A stretch of DNA of 64,000 bases from Syntrophorhabdaceae bacterium. Lineage in GTDB: Bacteria > Desulfobacterota > Syntrophorhabdia > Syntrophorhabdales > Syntrophorhabdaceae. Location of the stretch: assembly GCA_963666485.2 (NCBI GenBank), contig CAXXUO010000002.1, forward strand, positions 320,001 to 384,000, in the 5' to 3' direction. Both the position numbers and the translations under genes were made by a program. The notes below the pieces were generated by a model. That model saw only the letters and a list, made by a program, of their open reading frames with translations. It did not search any database and had not been told where the DNA came from. This document shows positions 19,818 to 29,740 of the stretch, piece by piece. Numbering within the stretch: the stretch's first letter is position 1; every line of letters starts with the position of its first letter.

Positions 19818-21338
19818 ATGCCGTTGAAAACACCCGAGCAATACGAGCAGAGCCTGCGTTCCATGAAATTCAACCTCTACCTGATGGGAGAACGCGTCCG
19901 GGGTGTCGTCGACCACCCCATTGTAAGACCTTCGATGAATTCCGTTAAAATGACGTATGCCCTCGCCCGGGACCCGGCCCACGAGGATATTATGACAGCA
20001 ACGTCCCACCTGACGGGACAGAAGATAAACCGTTTTTGCCATTTACACCAGGGGACCGATGACCTTGTTAAAAAGGTCAAGATGCAGAGACTCCTCGGAC
20101 AGATGACGGGATCATGTTTCCAGAGGTGCGTCGGCATGGATGCAATGAATGCCGTCGACAGCACGACCTGGGAGATGGACGCAGCGCTCGGCACCGTCTA
20201 CCACGAAAGGTTTCTGAACTTTCTCGAGATGGTCCAGGCAGACGATCTCGTAGTTGACGGGGCCATGACTGACGTAAAGGGCGATCGATCGCTTTCACCG
20301 TGCCGGCAGGCGGACCCGGACATGTTCTGCCGCGTTGTCGAGCGTTTAGGCCACGGGATCATCGTACGGGGCTGCAAGGCCCACCAGACCGGTGCGCTCA
20401 ATTCACACTGGGTCCTTGCAATGCCCACCATAACGATGAGCGGCGATGATAAAGATTATGCGTTGTGCTTTGCGGCGCCGGCCGATGCAGAGGGCATTAC
20501 ATATATCTACGGGCGACAGTCCTGCGACACGCGCAAGCTCGAGGGCGGCGCGCTCGATGCCGGGAACACGGTGTTCGGCGGTCACGAAGCGATGATGATC
20601 TTCGATGACGTTTTCATCCCCTGGGAAAATGTTTTTATGTGCGGTGAACATGAATTCACCGGCATGCTCGTCGAACGCTTCGCCGGGTACCATCGGCAAA
20701 GTTACGGGGGATGCAAGGTGGGTGTCGGCGATGTCCTGATAGGGGCAGCCGCCCTGGCGGCTGAATTCAACGGTGCGTCAAAGGCGTCTCACATAAAGGA
20801 CAAGATCATTGAAATGGTGCATCTCAATGAATCACTCTTCTCCTGCGGCATCGCCTGTTCTGCCGAAGGCTCGCCTACCGGCTCGGGAACATACCTTATC
20901 GACCTCCTGCTCGCAAATGTCTGTAAGCAGAATGTCACCCGTTTCCCGTACGAAATAGCCCGGCTGGCAGAGGACATCGCGGGGGGTCTCATGGTCACCA
21001 TGCCATCGGAAAAAGATCTCAACCACCCTGTCGCCGGGAAATATATCAGGAAATACCTCGCCGGGGATGCCGCGGTGCCGGTGGAAGACCGGCTGCGGAT
21101 CTTAAGGCTCATAGAAAATATGACGCTGGGGACTGCGGCCGTAGGCTACCGGACCGAATCGATGCATGGGGCCGGTTCGCCGCAGGCACAGCGCATTATG
21201 ATCTCCCGGCAGTGTGAGCTCGATCGCAAAAAAGAGCTTGCCCGCGTGATCGCCGGCATCGGTGAAACGTCGTGCCCCGCCGCCTCGTTTGACCCGGCAA
21301 TGAGCGGACAGGCACCATTCAACAATTATGAGGAATAA
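19818..21338 (+). CDS. abfD: 4-hydroxybutyryl-CoA dehydratase / vinylacetyl-CoA isomerase
   Basis: GGAGGT RBS before ATG 19818; Fe-S ligand motifs CFQRC and YHRQSYGGC; GAMTDVKGDRS and ESMHGAGSPQAQ. Confidence 0.9.
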   Translation: MPLKTPEQYEQSLRSMKFNLYLMGERVRGVVDHPIVRPSMNSVKMTYALARDPAHEDIMTATSHLTGQKINRFCHLHQGTDDLVKKVKMQRLLGQMTGSCFQRCVGMDAMNAVDSTTWEMDAALGTVYHERFLNFLEMVQADDLVVDGAMTDVKGDRSLSPCRQADPDMFCRVVERLGHGIIVRGCKAHQTGALNSHWVLAMPTITMSGDDKDYALCFAAPADAEGITYIYGRQSCDTRKLEGGALDAGNTVFGGHEAMMIFDDVFIPWENVFMCGEHEFTGMLVERFAGYHRQSYGGCKVGVGDVLIGAAALAAEFNGASKASHIKDKIIEMVHLNESLFSCGIACSAEGSPTGSGTYLIDLLLANVCKQNVTRFPYEIARLAEDIAGGLMVTMPSEKDLNHPVAGKYIRKYLAGDAAVPVEDRLRILRLIENMTLGTAAVGYRTESMHGAGSPQAQRIMISRQCELDRKKELARVIAGIGETSCPAASFDPAMSGQAPFNNYEE

Positions 21339-21339
21339 T

Positions 21340-22632
21340 ATGGCCGACACATGGAGAAGCACGTATCGCAAAAAAATAATGAGTACCGAGGGGGCCCTTC
21401 GGGCCGTAAAAGACGGTGACCGCGTTGTTGTCGGACATGCGTGCGGCGAACCGCAGGCACTCGTCAAGGCGCTTGTCGGACGGGCGGCCAGATTGAATGA
21501 TGTAGAGGTCGTCCATATGGTCGCGCTCGGTCCTGCGGAATATGCCCAGAGCGGAATGGAAGGAAGGTTCCGGCACAACTCCTTTTTCGTGGGAGCCGCC
21601 AGCCGTAAGGCCGTCTCGGAAGGCAGGGCCAGGTTCACCCCCTGTTTTTTCTCAGAGATACCCCGGCTTTTTCAGAGTGGCATCCTTCCGGTGGATGTGA
21701 CGCTTATGCAGGTCGCGCCGCCCGATCCCAAAGGGTTCTGCAGTCTTGGCGTATCCGTCGACTACACGCTGGCATCCGCGCGGTCCGACCGGATAACCAT
21801 CGCGCAGGTCAACGCGCATATGCCGCGCACCCGCGGCGAGAAGATCCATCTCGATGAGATCGACATCATTGTGGAACACGACGAGCCGATAATCGAGATA
21901 CTGCCGCCGAAGATAGGACCTGTCGAACGTGCCATCGGTGAAAACATAGCGGGGCTCATAGAGGACGGATCGACGCTTCAGCTCGGGATAGGAGGCATCC
22001 CCGATGCGGTCCTGCTCTTTCTGGGACACAAGAAAGACCTCGGCATCCACAGCGAGATGTTCTCGGATGGGGTTATGGAACTTGCAAGGGCCGGGGTGAT
22101 AAACAACAGGAAGAAAACGATAAATCCCCGCAAGTTCGTGGCGACATTCCTGATGGGTACGCGAAAACTTTACGATTTTGTCGATGACAACCCCGATATC
22201 ATGATGAGAACGGTGGATTATACGAATGATGTGCATATAATCGGGCAGCACGAAAGAATGGTCTCGATCAATTCGGCGATCCAGGTCGATTTCATGGGAC
22301 AGGTCAATGCCGAGATGATCGGCAAGGACCAGTTCAGCGGGGTCGGGGGCCAGGTCGATTTTGTCCGCGGAGCGAGCCGTTCCCGAGGGGGAAAATCGAT
22401 CATAGCCCTACCCTCGACGGCCCGGAACGGAGAGGTCTCGCGTATCGTGCCCCATCTCGACACAGGCGCAGCGGTCACAACGTCGCGCGGAGATGTCCAG
22501 TTCATCGTCACGGAGTACGGAGTGGCCGACCTGAGGGGGAAAAGCCTGTGTCAGCGGGCCGACGAGCTTATCAGGATCGCCCACCCTGATTTTCGGTATA
22601 ACCTTTCATGCCTGGCCGCCGGGGTCGTCTGA
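21340..22632 (+). CDS. 4-hydroxybutyrate CoA-transferase (acetyl-CoA hydrolase/transferase family, Cat2/AbfT-like)
   Basis: LQLGIGGIPDAV, LGIHSEMFSDG, SGVGGQVDFVRGA and VTEYGVADLRGK; adjacent to abfD. Confidence 0.88.
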   Translation: MADTWRSTYRKKIMSTEGALRAVKDGDRVVVGHACGEPQALVKALVGRAARLNDVEVVHMVALGPAEYAQSGMEGRFRHNSFFVGAASRKAVSEGRARFTPCFFSEIPRLFQSGILPVDVTLMQVAPPDPKGFCSLGVSVDYTLASARSDRITIAQVNAHMPRTRGEKIHLDEIDIIVEHDEPIIEILPPKIGPVERAIGENIAGLIEDGSTLQLGIGGIPDAVLLFLGHKKDLGIHSEMFSDGVMELARAGVINNRKKTINPRKFVATFLMGTRKLYDFVDDNPDIMMRTVDYTNDVHIIGQHERMVSINSAIQVDFMGQVNAEMIGKDQFSGVGGQVDFVRGASRSRGGKSIIALPSTARNGEVSRIVPHLDTGAAVTTSRGDVQFIVTEYGVADLRGKSLCQRADELIRIAHPDFRYNLSCLAAGVV

Positions 22633-22929
22633 TATTTAAATTGCAGACTACATAAGGATATGAGACTGAGCGTCAGATTACTGCGCCCTTCTCTGATATA
22701 AATTGAACAGGATAAACGCTGCCATCCATGGTGAGGGAGAAGATACCCCAACGTCAGGACCCAACCAGACCACTCCCTCACCAATCTTTTTATCCCCGCC
22801 GAAATCGGGAACCTCGGGAATGTAACGATGACCGCCCGCATACCCCGGACCTCAGGGCAAGCTTCCGCGGCGTGCTGTATCGCTGTATTCCTGTTGTGTG
22901 GGTCAGATTACTGTAATCCGCGATAGCCC

Positions 22930-23139
22930 TTATTCGACCGCCAGGGAAACGTCAATGGCCTTTATGAGCACTACTACGCGTTTTCCCTGTTTAAGTCCCA
23001 TTTCTTCCAGCTTCTTCGTACTGACAGCGGACCTGACATCGCATCCGGGATCAAGTTCTATCAGGGCCTCACTCAACGGCCCTTCCGAGGCTGTTACTTT
23101 CACGGTCCCTTTCAAGACATTGTGCATGCTGAATTTCAT
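22930..23139 (-). CDS. Single TOBE-domain (Mop/molbindin-like) protein
   Basis: MKFSMHNVLKGTV...LGL.G..V.VLIKAIDV-type pattern; 69 aa; GGGAG RBS. Confidence 0.85.
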   Translation of the reverse strand: MKFSMHNVLKGTVKVTASEGPLSEALIELDPGCDVRSAVSTKKLEEMGLKQGKRVVVLIKAIDVSLAVE

Positions 23140-23218
23140 AGTGTCTCCCCTCTCGTTTTGGATTCTGGATAGAAAAATTATATAGAATCCTGCAAAAATG
23201 TACAGGGGGAAATATTCA

Positions 23219-24532
23219 TCACGGCTCGCGTTCTTTTTTCTCCTCTTTGATCCACCCGAGCTTGTGGAATACGCCCAGGGTGAAGCTCAACGCCATCGCG
23301 GAGAATGCGCTCAGGGCCATCCCTTTGATCTCTACGGCGCCCCATCGAATGACGATGCCGCTCACACCGATTATCAAGGGGACCGATGTCAGGACAAGAT
23401 TCACGGGTTTGCCATAATTGACGCGCTGTTGTATAAGCAGGCGAATACCGGCGCTCGCGATAATTCCAAAAAGAAACAGGGATACCCCGCCCATGACGGG
23501 AGACGGGATGCTGCGAATAAGGGCGGAGATCTTACCGATAAAGGAACTCGCAATGGCAAGGCAGGCGGTGCCGCCCAAGACCCACGTGCTGAAGACCCGT
23601 GTAATTGCGAGGACCCCTATGTTCTCCCCGTATGTTGTGTTCGCTGTAGCACCGGCCAGCCCGGACAGAATATTCGCTATCCCATCCCCGAGCAAGGACC
23701 TGTGGATCCCCGGGTTTTTGATAAAATCCCTGCCCACGATATTCCCCGTAACAACGAGATGGCCTATATGTTCTGCAAGGGTCACGAAATACGCCGGGAC
23801 CATGATCAGGACCGCGGCGGCATTGAAGCTGGGCCGGTAAAATGTGGGCACGTGAAACCAGGGCGCGGTGAAAACGGGTGAAATATCGACCAGGCCTGCC
23901 GTGCAGGCACAGCAATAACCGGAAAGAACACCGAGAAGTATCGGGATGGCAGACAGAAACCCCCGCAGCAGGACCGATGCAAAAACAGTGGCGATGAAGG
24001 TGAAGATCGCCACACATTGCATTGTAGAGCTTTCCGGACCGGCATTCCCCGTAAAACCTGATAAGCGGGCGGCAATCGGGGCAAGTTCAAGGCCGATGAC
24101 CAGGACTATCGATCCCATCGCAGCAGGGGGAAAAAGAGCGTTAAGCCATTGTACGCCCGTGCGGTAAACCAGGAAGGAAAGAAAAATAAAAAATAACCCG
24201 AATACGATAAAAGCGCCTTGCGCCCCGCCGTAGCCTCCCATGCCGGGTGAGGCCACAATGATGAGGACAGGCGGCACAAAAGCAAAGCTGGAGCCAAGAT
24301 AGGAAGGGATGCGCCAATCCGACACCCACAGGTAAATGAGGGTCCCCACTCCGTTCATTAACAGTGCAATAGACGGGTCCACATTGCAAAGGCAAGGCAC
24401 GATAACCGTTGCTCCAAACATCGCAAGGAGATGCTGCAGGCTTAATGGTATCGTACGAAGCACCGGAAGTTTTTGCTCTACCGGTATGAAAGACGGTTCA
24501 TCTTTGTGTATGGGTATTATCTTTTGGTCCAT
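23219..24532 (-). CDS. uraA: Uracil permease (NCS2 family)
   Basis: SLQHLLAMFGATV, PSYLGSSFAF, EHIGH and TTYGENIGV. Confidence 0.9.
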   Translation of the reverse strand: MDQKIIPIHKDEPSFIPVEQKLPVLRTIPLSLQHLLAMFGATVIVPCLCNVDPSIALLMNGVGTLIYLWVSDWRIPSYLGSSFAFVPPVLIIVASPGMGGYGGAQGAFIVFGLFFIFLSFLVYRTGVQWLNALFPPAAMGSIVLVIGLELAPIAARLSGFTGNAGPESSTMQCVAIFTFIATVFASVLLRGFLSAIPILLGVLSGYCCACTAGLVDISPVFTAPWFHVPTFYRPSFNAAAVLIMVPAYFVTLAEHIGHLVVTGNIVGRDFIKNPGIHRSLLGDGIANILSGLAGATANTTYGENIGVLAITRVFSTWVLGGTACLAIASSFIGKISALIRSIPSPVMGGVSLFLFGIIASAGIRLLIQQRVNYGKPVNLVLTSVPLIIGVSGIVIRWGAVEIKGMALSAFSAMALSFTLGVFHKLGWIKEEKKEREP

Positions 24533-24707
24533 CTTGAATTCACGAACGATAATTCCCCCTGCAATCGGGAACAGGCGGGCTCAGTTCTATAATGAGAGAC
24601 TCTATTTGATTAACATATCAGTAAAGGTCTGGATGTAATCATGTATAAGATATGAGCGTGGTTCACTATTGATTTCAATTGCGCCGCGGGGTCAATGGGG
24701 CGCTTTT

Positions 24708-25883
24708 TTATGAAAAATTACGGAATATGTCACGTGCAATGACTATTCTCTGCACCTGGTTCGTGCCTTCATATATCTGGGTCGCCTTTGCGTCGCGCAT
24801 CATTCTCTCGACCGGGTATTCCTTGGTGTACCCGTATCCGCCAAGGATCTGGACCGCATCGGTCGTTACCTTCATGGCCACGTCGGCGGAATAGACCTTT
24901 GCCATGGCAGAGAGTTTGTCGACGCCTATGGCACTCATCTTGTCGCGCTCGTACACCTTCATATCGAGCAGGTGCGCGGCATCGTAGACGAGGGCCCGGG
25001 CCGCCTCGACCCCTGTCGCCATATCGGCGACCATGAACTGGATCCCTTCGAAATCGGCGAGCTTCTGGCCGAACTGGACCCTTTTCCAGGCATACTCCAC
25101 GGCAAAATCGAGGGCACCCTGCGCCAGGCCGACTGCCTGCGCACCGACGGCGGGCCGTGACAGGTTGAGGGTCGACATCGCGATGTCCCATCCCTGCCCT
25201 TCCTTGCCGAGGAGGTTGTGCTTTTCCAGGCGGACATTGTCGAAGATCAACTCCGTTATATCGGAGCCGATCATGCCCATCTTGTCTTCGCTCTTGCCGA
25301 TAACGACCCCGGGGTAATCCTTTTCGACGTAGAAGGCGGATATGCCCTCTGTCCGCTTTGCCGGGTTCGTGGCGGCAAAGACCGTGTAGAACTGGGCGTT
25401 TGCCCCGTTCGTTATCATTGATTTCTTGCCGTTGAGGTAATAGTGGTCGCCCTCCTTTACCGCCCGCGTCCTCATGTGCGAGGCATCGGAGCCCGCATCC
25501 GGTTCCGTCAGGGCGAAAGCGACGAGGTACATTTTATCGGGTTCACATATCTTGTTGTAGATGTATTCCTTCTGTTCGTCATTTGCCGAGACCATGATGG
25601 GCATGATACCGACATTGTGTGCAAGGGGGATAAGGGACGACGCACCGGACACCTTGGCCAGTTCTTCGATGACAAGGCACAGCGACGTGATGTCGCCGTC
25701 GAGCCCACCGAACTTCTCGGGGAGCATCATGTAGAGGAAACCGTGCTTCTTGTATATGTCCACCAGGTCCCAGGGGAACGATCCGGTCTTGTCGATCTCT
25801 TTTGCCCGGGGAGCGACCTTTTCCTTGGCTAATTTCTCGGCAATTTTCTGGATCATGCCGTGCTTGTCCGAAAGATTGAGCAT
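24708..25883 (-). CDS. Acyl-CoA dehydrogenase
   Basis: FALTEPDAGSD, RVQFG and QILGGYGY...ERMMRDAKATQIYEGTNQ. Confidence 0.95.
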   Translation of the reverse strand: MLNLSDKHGMIQKIAEKLAKEKVAPRAKEIDKTGSFPWDLVDIYKKHGFLYMMLPEKFGGLDGDITSLCLVIEELAKVSGASSLIPLAHNVGIMPIMVSANDEQKEYIYNKICEPDKMYLVAFALTEPDAGSDASHMRTRAVKEGDHYYLNGKKSMITNGANAQFYTVFAATNPAKRTEGISAFYVEKDYPGVVIGKSEDKMGMIGSDITELIFDNVRLEKHNLLGKEGQGWDIAMSTLNLSRPAVGAQAVGLAQGALDFAVEYAWKRVQFGQKLADFEGIQFMVADMATGVEAARALVYDAAHLLDMKVYERDKMSAIGVDKLSAMAKVYSADVAMKVTTDAVQILGGYGYTKEYPVERMMRDAKATQIYEGTNQVQRIVIARDIFRNFS

Positions 25884-25993
25884 CCGTTGAACCTCCTTAC
25901 ATGTTTCAATCCGCCCGCAGAATGTACCAGGGGATAAGGCGATCAGTTGAAACAGGTTATAATTTATAATTTGATCACACGATTATGGTTCGA

Positions 25994-26902
25994 TTAACTG
26001 CGAACCACGGTCTCGGGAACGAGCCACGTGTTGTTTCCGTCACTTTCGGGTACAGCACGCTTAACACTTATATCTCCTATTTCCTGGTCAGGCGTTGCAG
26101 CAAATTTGCATCTCTTGACGTGCACAAAATCCGGGATGATAGAGCCATCGGGTATCGTGCTGTATTCCTCCACGACGACCCCGTGGCCTATCCGGCAATT
26201 ACTGCCTACCTTTGCCCCGTAATGAACAATAGTATCGACCCCGGTTCGGGTATTGTCTCCCACTTCGACGTCTACCGACAATCTATTCTGAAAGCCGATG
26301 ATCGCATTTTTTCCTATTTTCACACCGGGAGCAAGGCAGGACCGCGCCTGGATCTGTGTATTGTCACCGATAACAAGCTTTTTTAATATATGGATATTCG
26401 CATCCAGGGCGAGGTGAGTGGATAAAAGGACCTCGGACCCAATGGCTGCTTTTTTTCCGATATAGATGAGATTGTTGCAATCCTGCATATCGACAGTTTC
26501 CGCAAAGTACGTGGAATAGCTCAGATTGACGCGCAGCAGCCTGAAAAATAAAAATCTGATAGTCTTGTTATAGAAAAGGTACTGACGCAAAAAGAGAAAT
26601 ACGTACGAATAGAAATTCCAGTTCAATCTCCACATCACATGTCTTGCGGAATTGACTCGGTATCGTCCTTCCCTGAGGGGCCGGACAAAGATCCTGAATA
26701 AACACCCGGTTACAAGTATGTAAATATTCACAAATATCAGGGCGCAAAGAACGATCACCGCCACCACATGCAAATGTTGTATTAAGAAATTAAACGCCAG
26801 TATGGTGAAATATGTAGTTATAGACAATACCGCAGCTATTCCGGCAAGCCAGGTCATCTCGCCGAAAAACTGGTCTAAGAAAACTCTCTTTACGATATTC
26901 AC
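25994..26902 (-). CDS. Membrane-anchored hexapeptide-repeat (left-handed beta-helix) acyltransferase-like protein
   Basis: Two N-terminal TM helices, then repeats such as VIGDNTQI, VKIGKNAII, VEVGDNT and AKVGSNCRIG. GTG start with GGAGG. Confidence 0.75.
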   Translation of the reverse strand: MNIVKRVFLDQFFGEMTWLAGIAAVLSITTYFTILAFNFLIQHLHVVAVIVLCALIFVNIYILVTGCLFRIFVRPLREGRYRVNSARHVMWRLNWNFYSYVFLFLRQYLFYNKTIRFLFFRLLRVNLSYSTYFAETVDMQDCNNLIYIGKKAAIGSEVLLSTHLALDANIHILKKLVIGDNTQIQARSCLAPGVKIGKNAIIGFQNRLSVDVEVGDNTRTGVDTIVHYGAKVGSNCRIGHGVVVEEYSTIPDGSIIPDFVHVKRCKFAATPDQEIGDISVKRAVPESDGNNTWLVPETVVRS

Positions 26903-27089
26903 CCCAATCGCCTCCGTGAGGAATTATAATAACTCTAATCTCGCCGAGAATTCCGTAGTCACATATTTAGTTTTTGTTGTTTATGTTGAGTTCCAATCCA
27001 ATGAGAATTATACGGACAAATCCAAGAAACTGTAATATCAATTGATTGTACTAAAAATGTATAAAGTATTGATACATTGTTAAATCGGG

Positions 27090-27188
27090 ATGTCGTTGCC
27101 GTATATCATTGAAATCCCCCGCGAAGATGCCGAGAAGATCCAGGCTGTCGGCGATGTCATAGAATATATAAAGAACCGTTTAGCTTGA
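27090..27188 (+). pseudogene. C-terminal remnant of an acyl carrier protein gene
   Basis: Translates MSLPYIIEIPREDAEKIQAVGDVIEYIKNRLA*, matching the ACP C-terminus. The N-terminal half with the DSL serine is absent. Confidence 0.7.
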
Positions 27189-27260
27189 AAGGCTTTCAAA
27201 ACCAGCCGCTTCAGTGGCCCGGCGCCGGGTTATTAAGGTCCGATAACAGAATATTGATAC

Positions 27261-28439
27261 TTATTTAATTGAATCGAGATGTTGTTGCAGGTTTATTTTC
27301 CGACCATTCAATTGAAGCTTCGACCGTATCCTGTTCCTGTACACATTGACAGCAGACGGTGCTACACCTATGGTCGCGGCAATTTCCTTCGTCGTTTTGC
27401 CATCCTTTATTAAAGATGCAATCTGCATTTCCCGCGGCGTGAAATTATATTGCTGCAAAGTATGCAGGAAAGGTGAGATAAGCTTGGTGAGATTTTCTTC
27501 GATTATCGAAATATATGACCTGCATTCAGGGGTTAAACGTTCTTTCTTGATCTTATCCAGATACGGGATTATTATTTTTTTCGTATTGGCGGCGAAGAGC
27601 TCTTCCATTTCCTTTTTTTCTTCGGATATGTTCCGCAACAAAATCTTCAATGCAGTATTTACTTCTGTCAGAGACTGCGTTTTATTTTCCAACTCTTCGA
27701 TTATTATTTTACTTTTGGTAATATCCTGAACAAAACCGCTCATGCATGTTTTTTTCCCTCTACGTTTTTGAATCATGCCGGCAGCCCGTATCCATCGAAC
27801 TTCACCGTCCTTTCTTCGAATACAGCATTCCAGGTCAATATCTGATCGACCGGCCAGAACTTCCCTGAAAGACGTTTCAATCATCTCCCTGTGTTCAGGT
27901 ATGACATGTGCGAGGAATGTCTCATAGGTAAAATAAGGGACCGTCTCGTCATAGCCAAAGATCAGGTCGCATTCGTGTGAACCGGTTAATATTTTATCCT
28001 CAAGGTTGAAATCCCAGGCGCCCATACGGTTCATTCGCAACGCGAAGCCCAGTATGTCCTGGCTGTTCAAAAATAACTCTTCCACCGTCCTGCGTTCAGT
28101 AATATCCCTGATAAATATTGATACACCGCCCCTTCCCCACGGAAAGCAGCGGTATTCAAGAAAACGGTCTTGAATTTCCTGGTGATGGTAAAATTCCCTT
28201 ATTTCTCCCGATGCGGCGATGCGAAATTCCATTTCCCGTGACGTACCCGCGATATCCGGGAGTACCTCCCAAAGTTCCTGTCCGAGTGCTTCAGTTCGCT
28301 CTATTCCCAGTAAATTTGCCGCCGCCTCATTGACAAACCTCAGGCGCCACGATGAATCACAGGAAAAAACTCCATCTGTGAGGCAGTTAAATGTAGTTTC
28401 AAGATCTGTCGCTTCAATGTCGAATGCGGGTTTGTTCAC
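27261..28439 (-). CDS. PAS-PAS-LuxR HTH one-component transcriptional regulator
   Basis: Two PAS/PAC domains (RDITERR, QDITK), a coiled coil, then FTPREMQIASLIKDGKTTKEIA...YRNRIRSKL. Confidence 0.9.
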   Translation of the reverse strand: MNKPAFDIEATDLETTFNCLTDGVFSCDSSWRLRFVNEAAANLLGIERTEALGQELWEVLPDIAGTSREMEFRIAASGEIREFYHHQEIQDRFLEYRCFPWGRGGVSIFIRDITERRTVEELFLNSQDILGFALRMNRMGAWDFNLEDKILTGSHECDLIFGYDETVPYFTYETFLAHVIPEHREMIETSFREVLAGRSDIDLECCIRRKDGEVRWIRAAGMIQKRRGKKTCMSGFVQDITKSKIIIEELENKTQSLTEVNTALKILLRNISEEKKEMEELFAANTKKIIIPYLDKIKKERLTPECRSYISIIEENLTKLISPFLHTLQQYNFTPREMQIASLIKDGKTTKEIAATIGVAPSAVNVYRNRIRSKLQLNGRKINLQQHLDSIK

Positions 28440-28731
28440 TGAATTAACAACTTTGACATCTCTTCAAAGTAATACCTCATGCACTATGAAATCTGCTTTC
28501 CCTGAACCTAGCATAAAATTCCGGGATAATCCATAAAAAGCTACACAAATTCATTACGATGTAGATTCGACCCAATAATGTTCGTAGATATTATAAGAAT
28601 TCACAGGTGTGAAGCACAGTGTAATTCAGACGATGCAAATATTGCTTTAAAACAACTACATAATAATGCTTCATTTTATGTCGTCGCTTATGTACAGTGT
28701 AAGTAGATTCATCTCTCCTAAGGGGTATAGT

Positions 28732-29382
28732 ATGATCTCAATTTATCTGGCAGACGATCATGTCATGTTCAGGCAGGGCTTAAGACTTCTTCTCGAAAAA
28801 CAGGAGAATATGACAGTCGTCGGGGAAGCCTCCAACGGCCGTGACGCTTACCGGGACATAGTGAAGAAAAAACCCGATGTCGCAGTGCTCGATATCATCA
28901 TGGAGGGTATGAACGGGATAGACGCTGCCGAAGCGGTCCGCAAAGAGTGCCCGGCCACCCGGGTTATTATACTTACGATGAATTCGTCCCAGGAACATAT
29001 CTCGCGGGCTTTGAAGGCCGGCGCCTCGGCCTACCTGCTCAAGGAATTTGCCGGTGAAGAACTGGTTCGGGCGATCAATGACGTGCACGCCGGAAAGCAG
29101 TATTTTAATTTTTCGGAGAATGCGTCGGCCATCGACGAGTATGTCATGGAGGGGGCTACGCAGAAAGATGGGGACGTTCTGTCCCTGCTATCGCTCCGCG
29201 AAAGGGAAATACTTCAGCTCATCGCCGAGGGGAAGTCGAACCGCAAGATTGGCGATATTCTCTTCCTTGCACCCAGCACGATTGCTACCTACCGTCACCG
29301 CATAATGCAGAAATTGAAGTTCAAGGACCAATCCGATCTCATAAAATTCGCAATCAGGCGGGGACTGATCAAACAGGAATAA
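28732..29382 (+). CDS. NarL/FixJ-family response regulator
   Basis: IYLADDH, PDVAVLD and YLLK receiver motifs; LSLREREILQLIAEG LuxR HTH. Confidence 0.93.
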   Translation: MISIYLADDHVMFRQGLRLLLEKQENMTVVGEASNGRDAYRDIVKKKPDVAVLDIIMEGMNGIDAAEAVRKECPATRVIILTMNSSQEHISRALKAGASAYLLKEFAGEELVRAINDVHAGKQYFNFSENASAIDEYVMEGATQKDGDVLSLLSLREREILQLIAEGKSNRKIGDILFLAPSTIATYRHRIMQKLKFKDQSDLIKFAIRRGLIKQE

Positions 29383-29551
29383 CCCTTTTTTCCAACCCCC
29401 CCCCCGATCGGTCATCTCATAAATCAATAACAGACTACGCCAATCGTATACGGTTGTTTACTCACAAAGCGCGGCTTTTTGTGTAGAATCTACCCGTTTT
29501 ACAAAGTGGCGCGTAGAAAATCAATAAACGAAAAATCATAAAGGAGCCTGA

Positions 29552-29740
29552 ATGAAACAGAAAGAACATAACGGTGCGGCACATAACACAATGTCCCTTA
29601 CGGAAATGTTCTGTAAACGTCATCCCGCTACGTTTATGGAACCGCGATTTGCAGGCGACCGGGTATTCTGGGAATGCCCGGCTTGCGAGCGGGAATTCTA
29701 TTATGAAAGAAAAATCACGGAAAGGAACGACAATGAATAA
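29552..29740 (+). CDS. Small putative zinc-finger protein (CxxH...CxxC)
   Basis: AAGGAG RBS; CKRH and CPAC motifs; stop overlaps the HU start. Confidence 0.5.
   Translation: MKQKEHNGAAHNTMSLTEMFCKRHPATFMEPRFAGDRVFWECPACEREFYYERKITERNDNE

Noticed and set aside
19626..21338. 4-hydroxyphenylacetate 3-monooxygenase (HpaB) call and the longer 570-aa start
   Set aside because: Fe-S Cys/His ligands and the adjacent CoA-transferase point to AbfD. The longer start overlaps the upstream gene, while ATG 19818 has a strong RBS.
22729..22783. 11-bp inverted repeat TGGTGAGGGAG/CTCCCTCACCA as an ncRNA
   Set aside because: It is a single stem with a 33-nt loop between convergent genes. A terminator-like or chance structure explains it as well.
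24533..24707. PyrR attenuator upstream of uraA
   Set aside because: No recognisable PyrR binding loop or terminator/antiterminator set.
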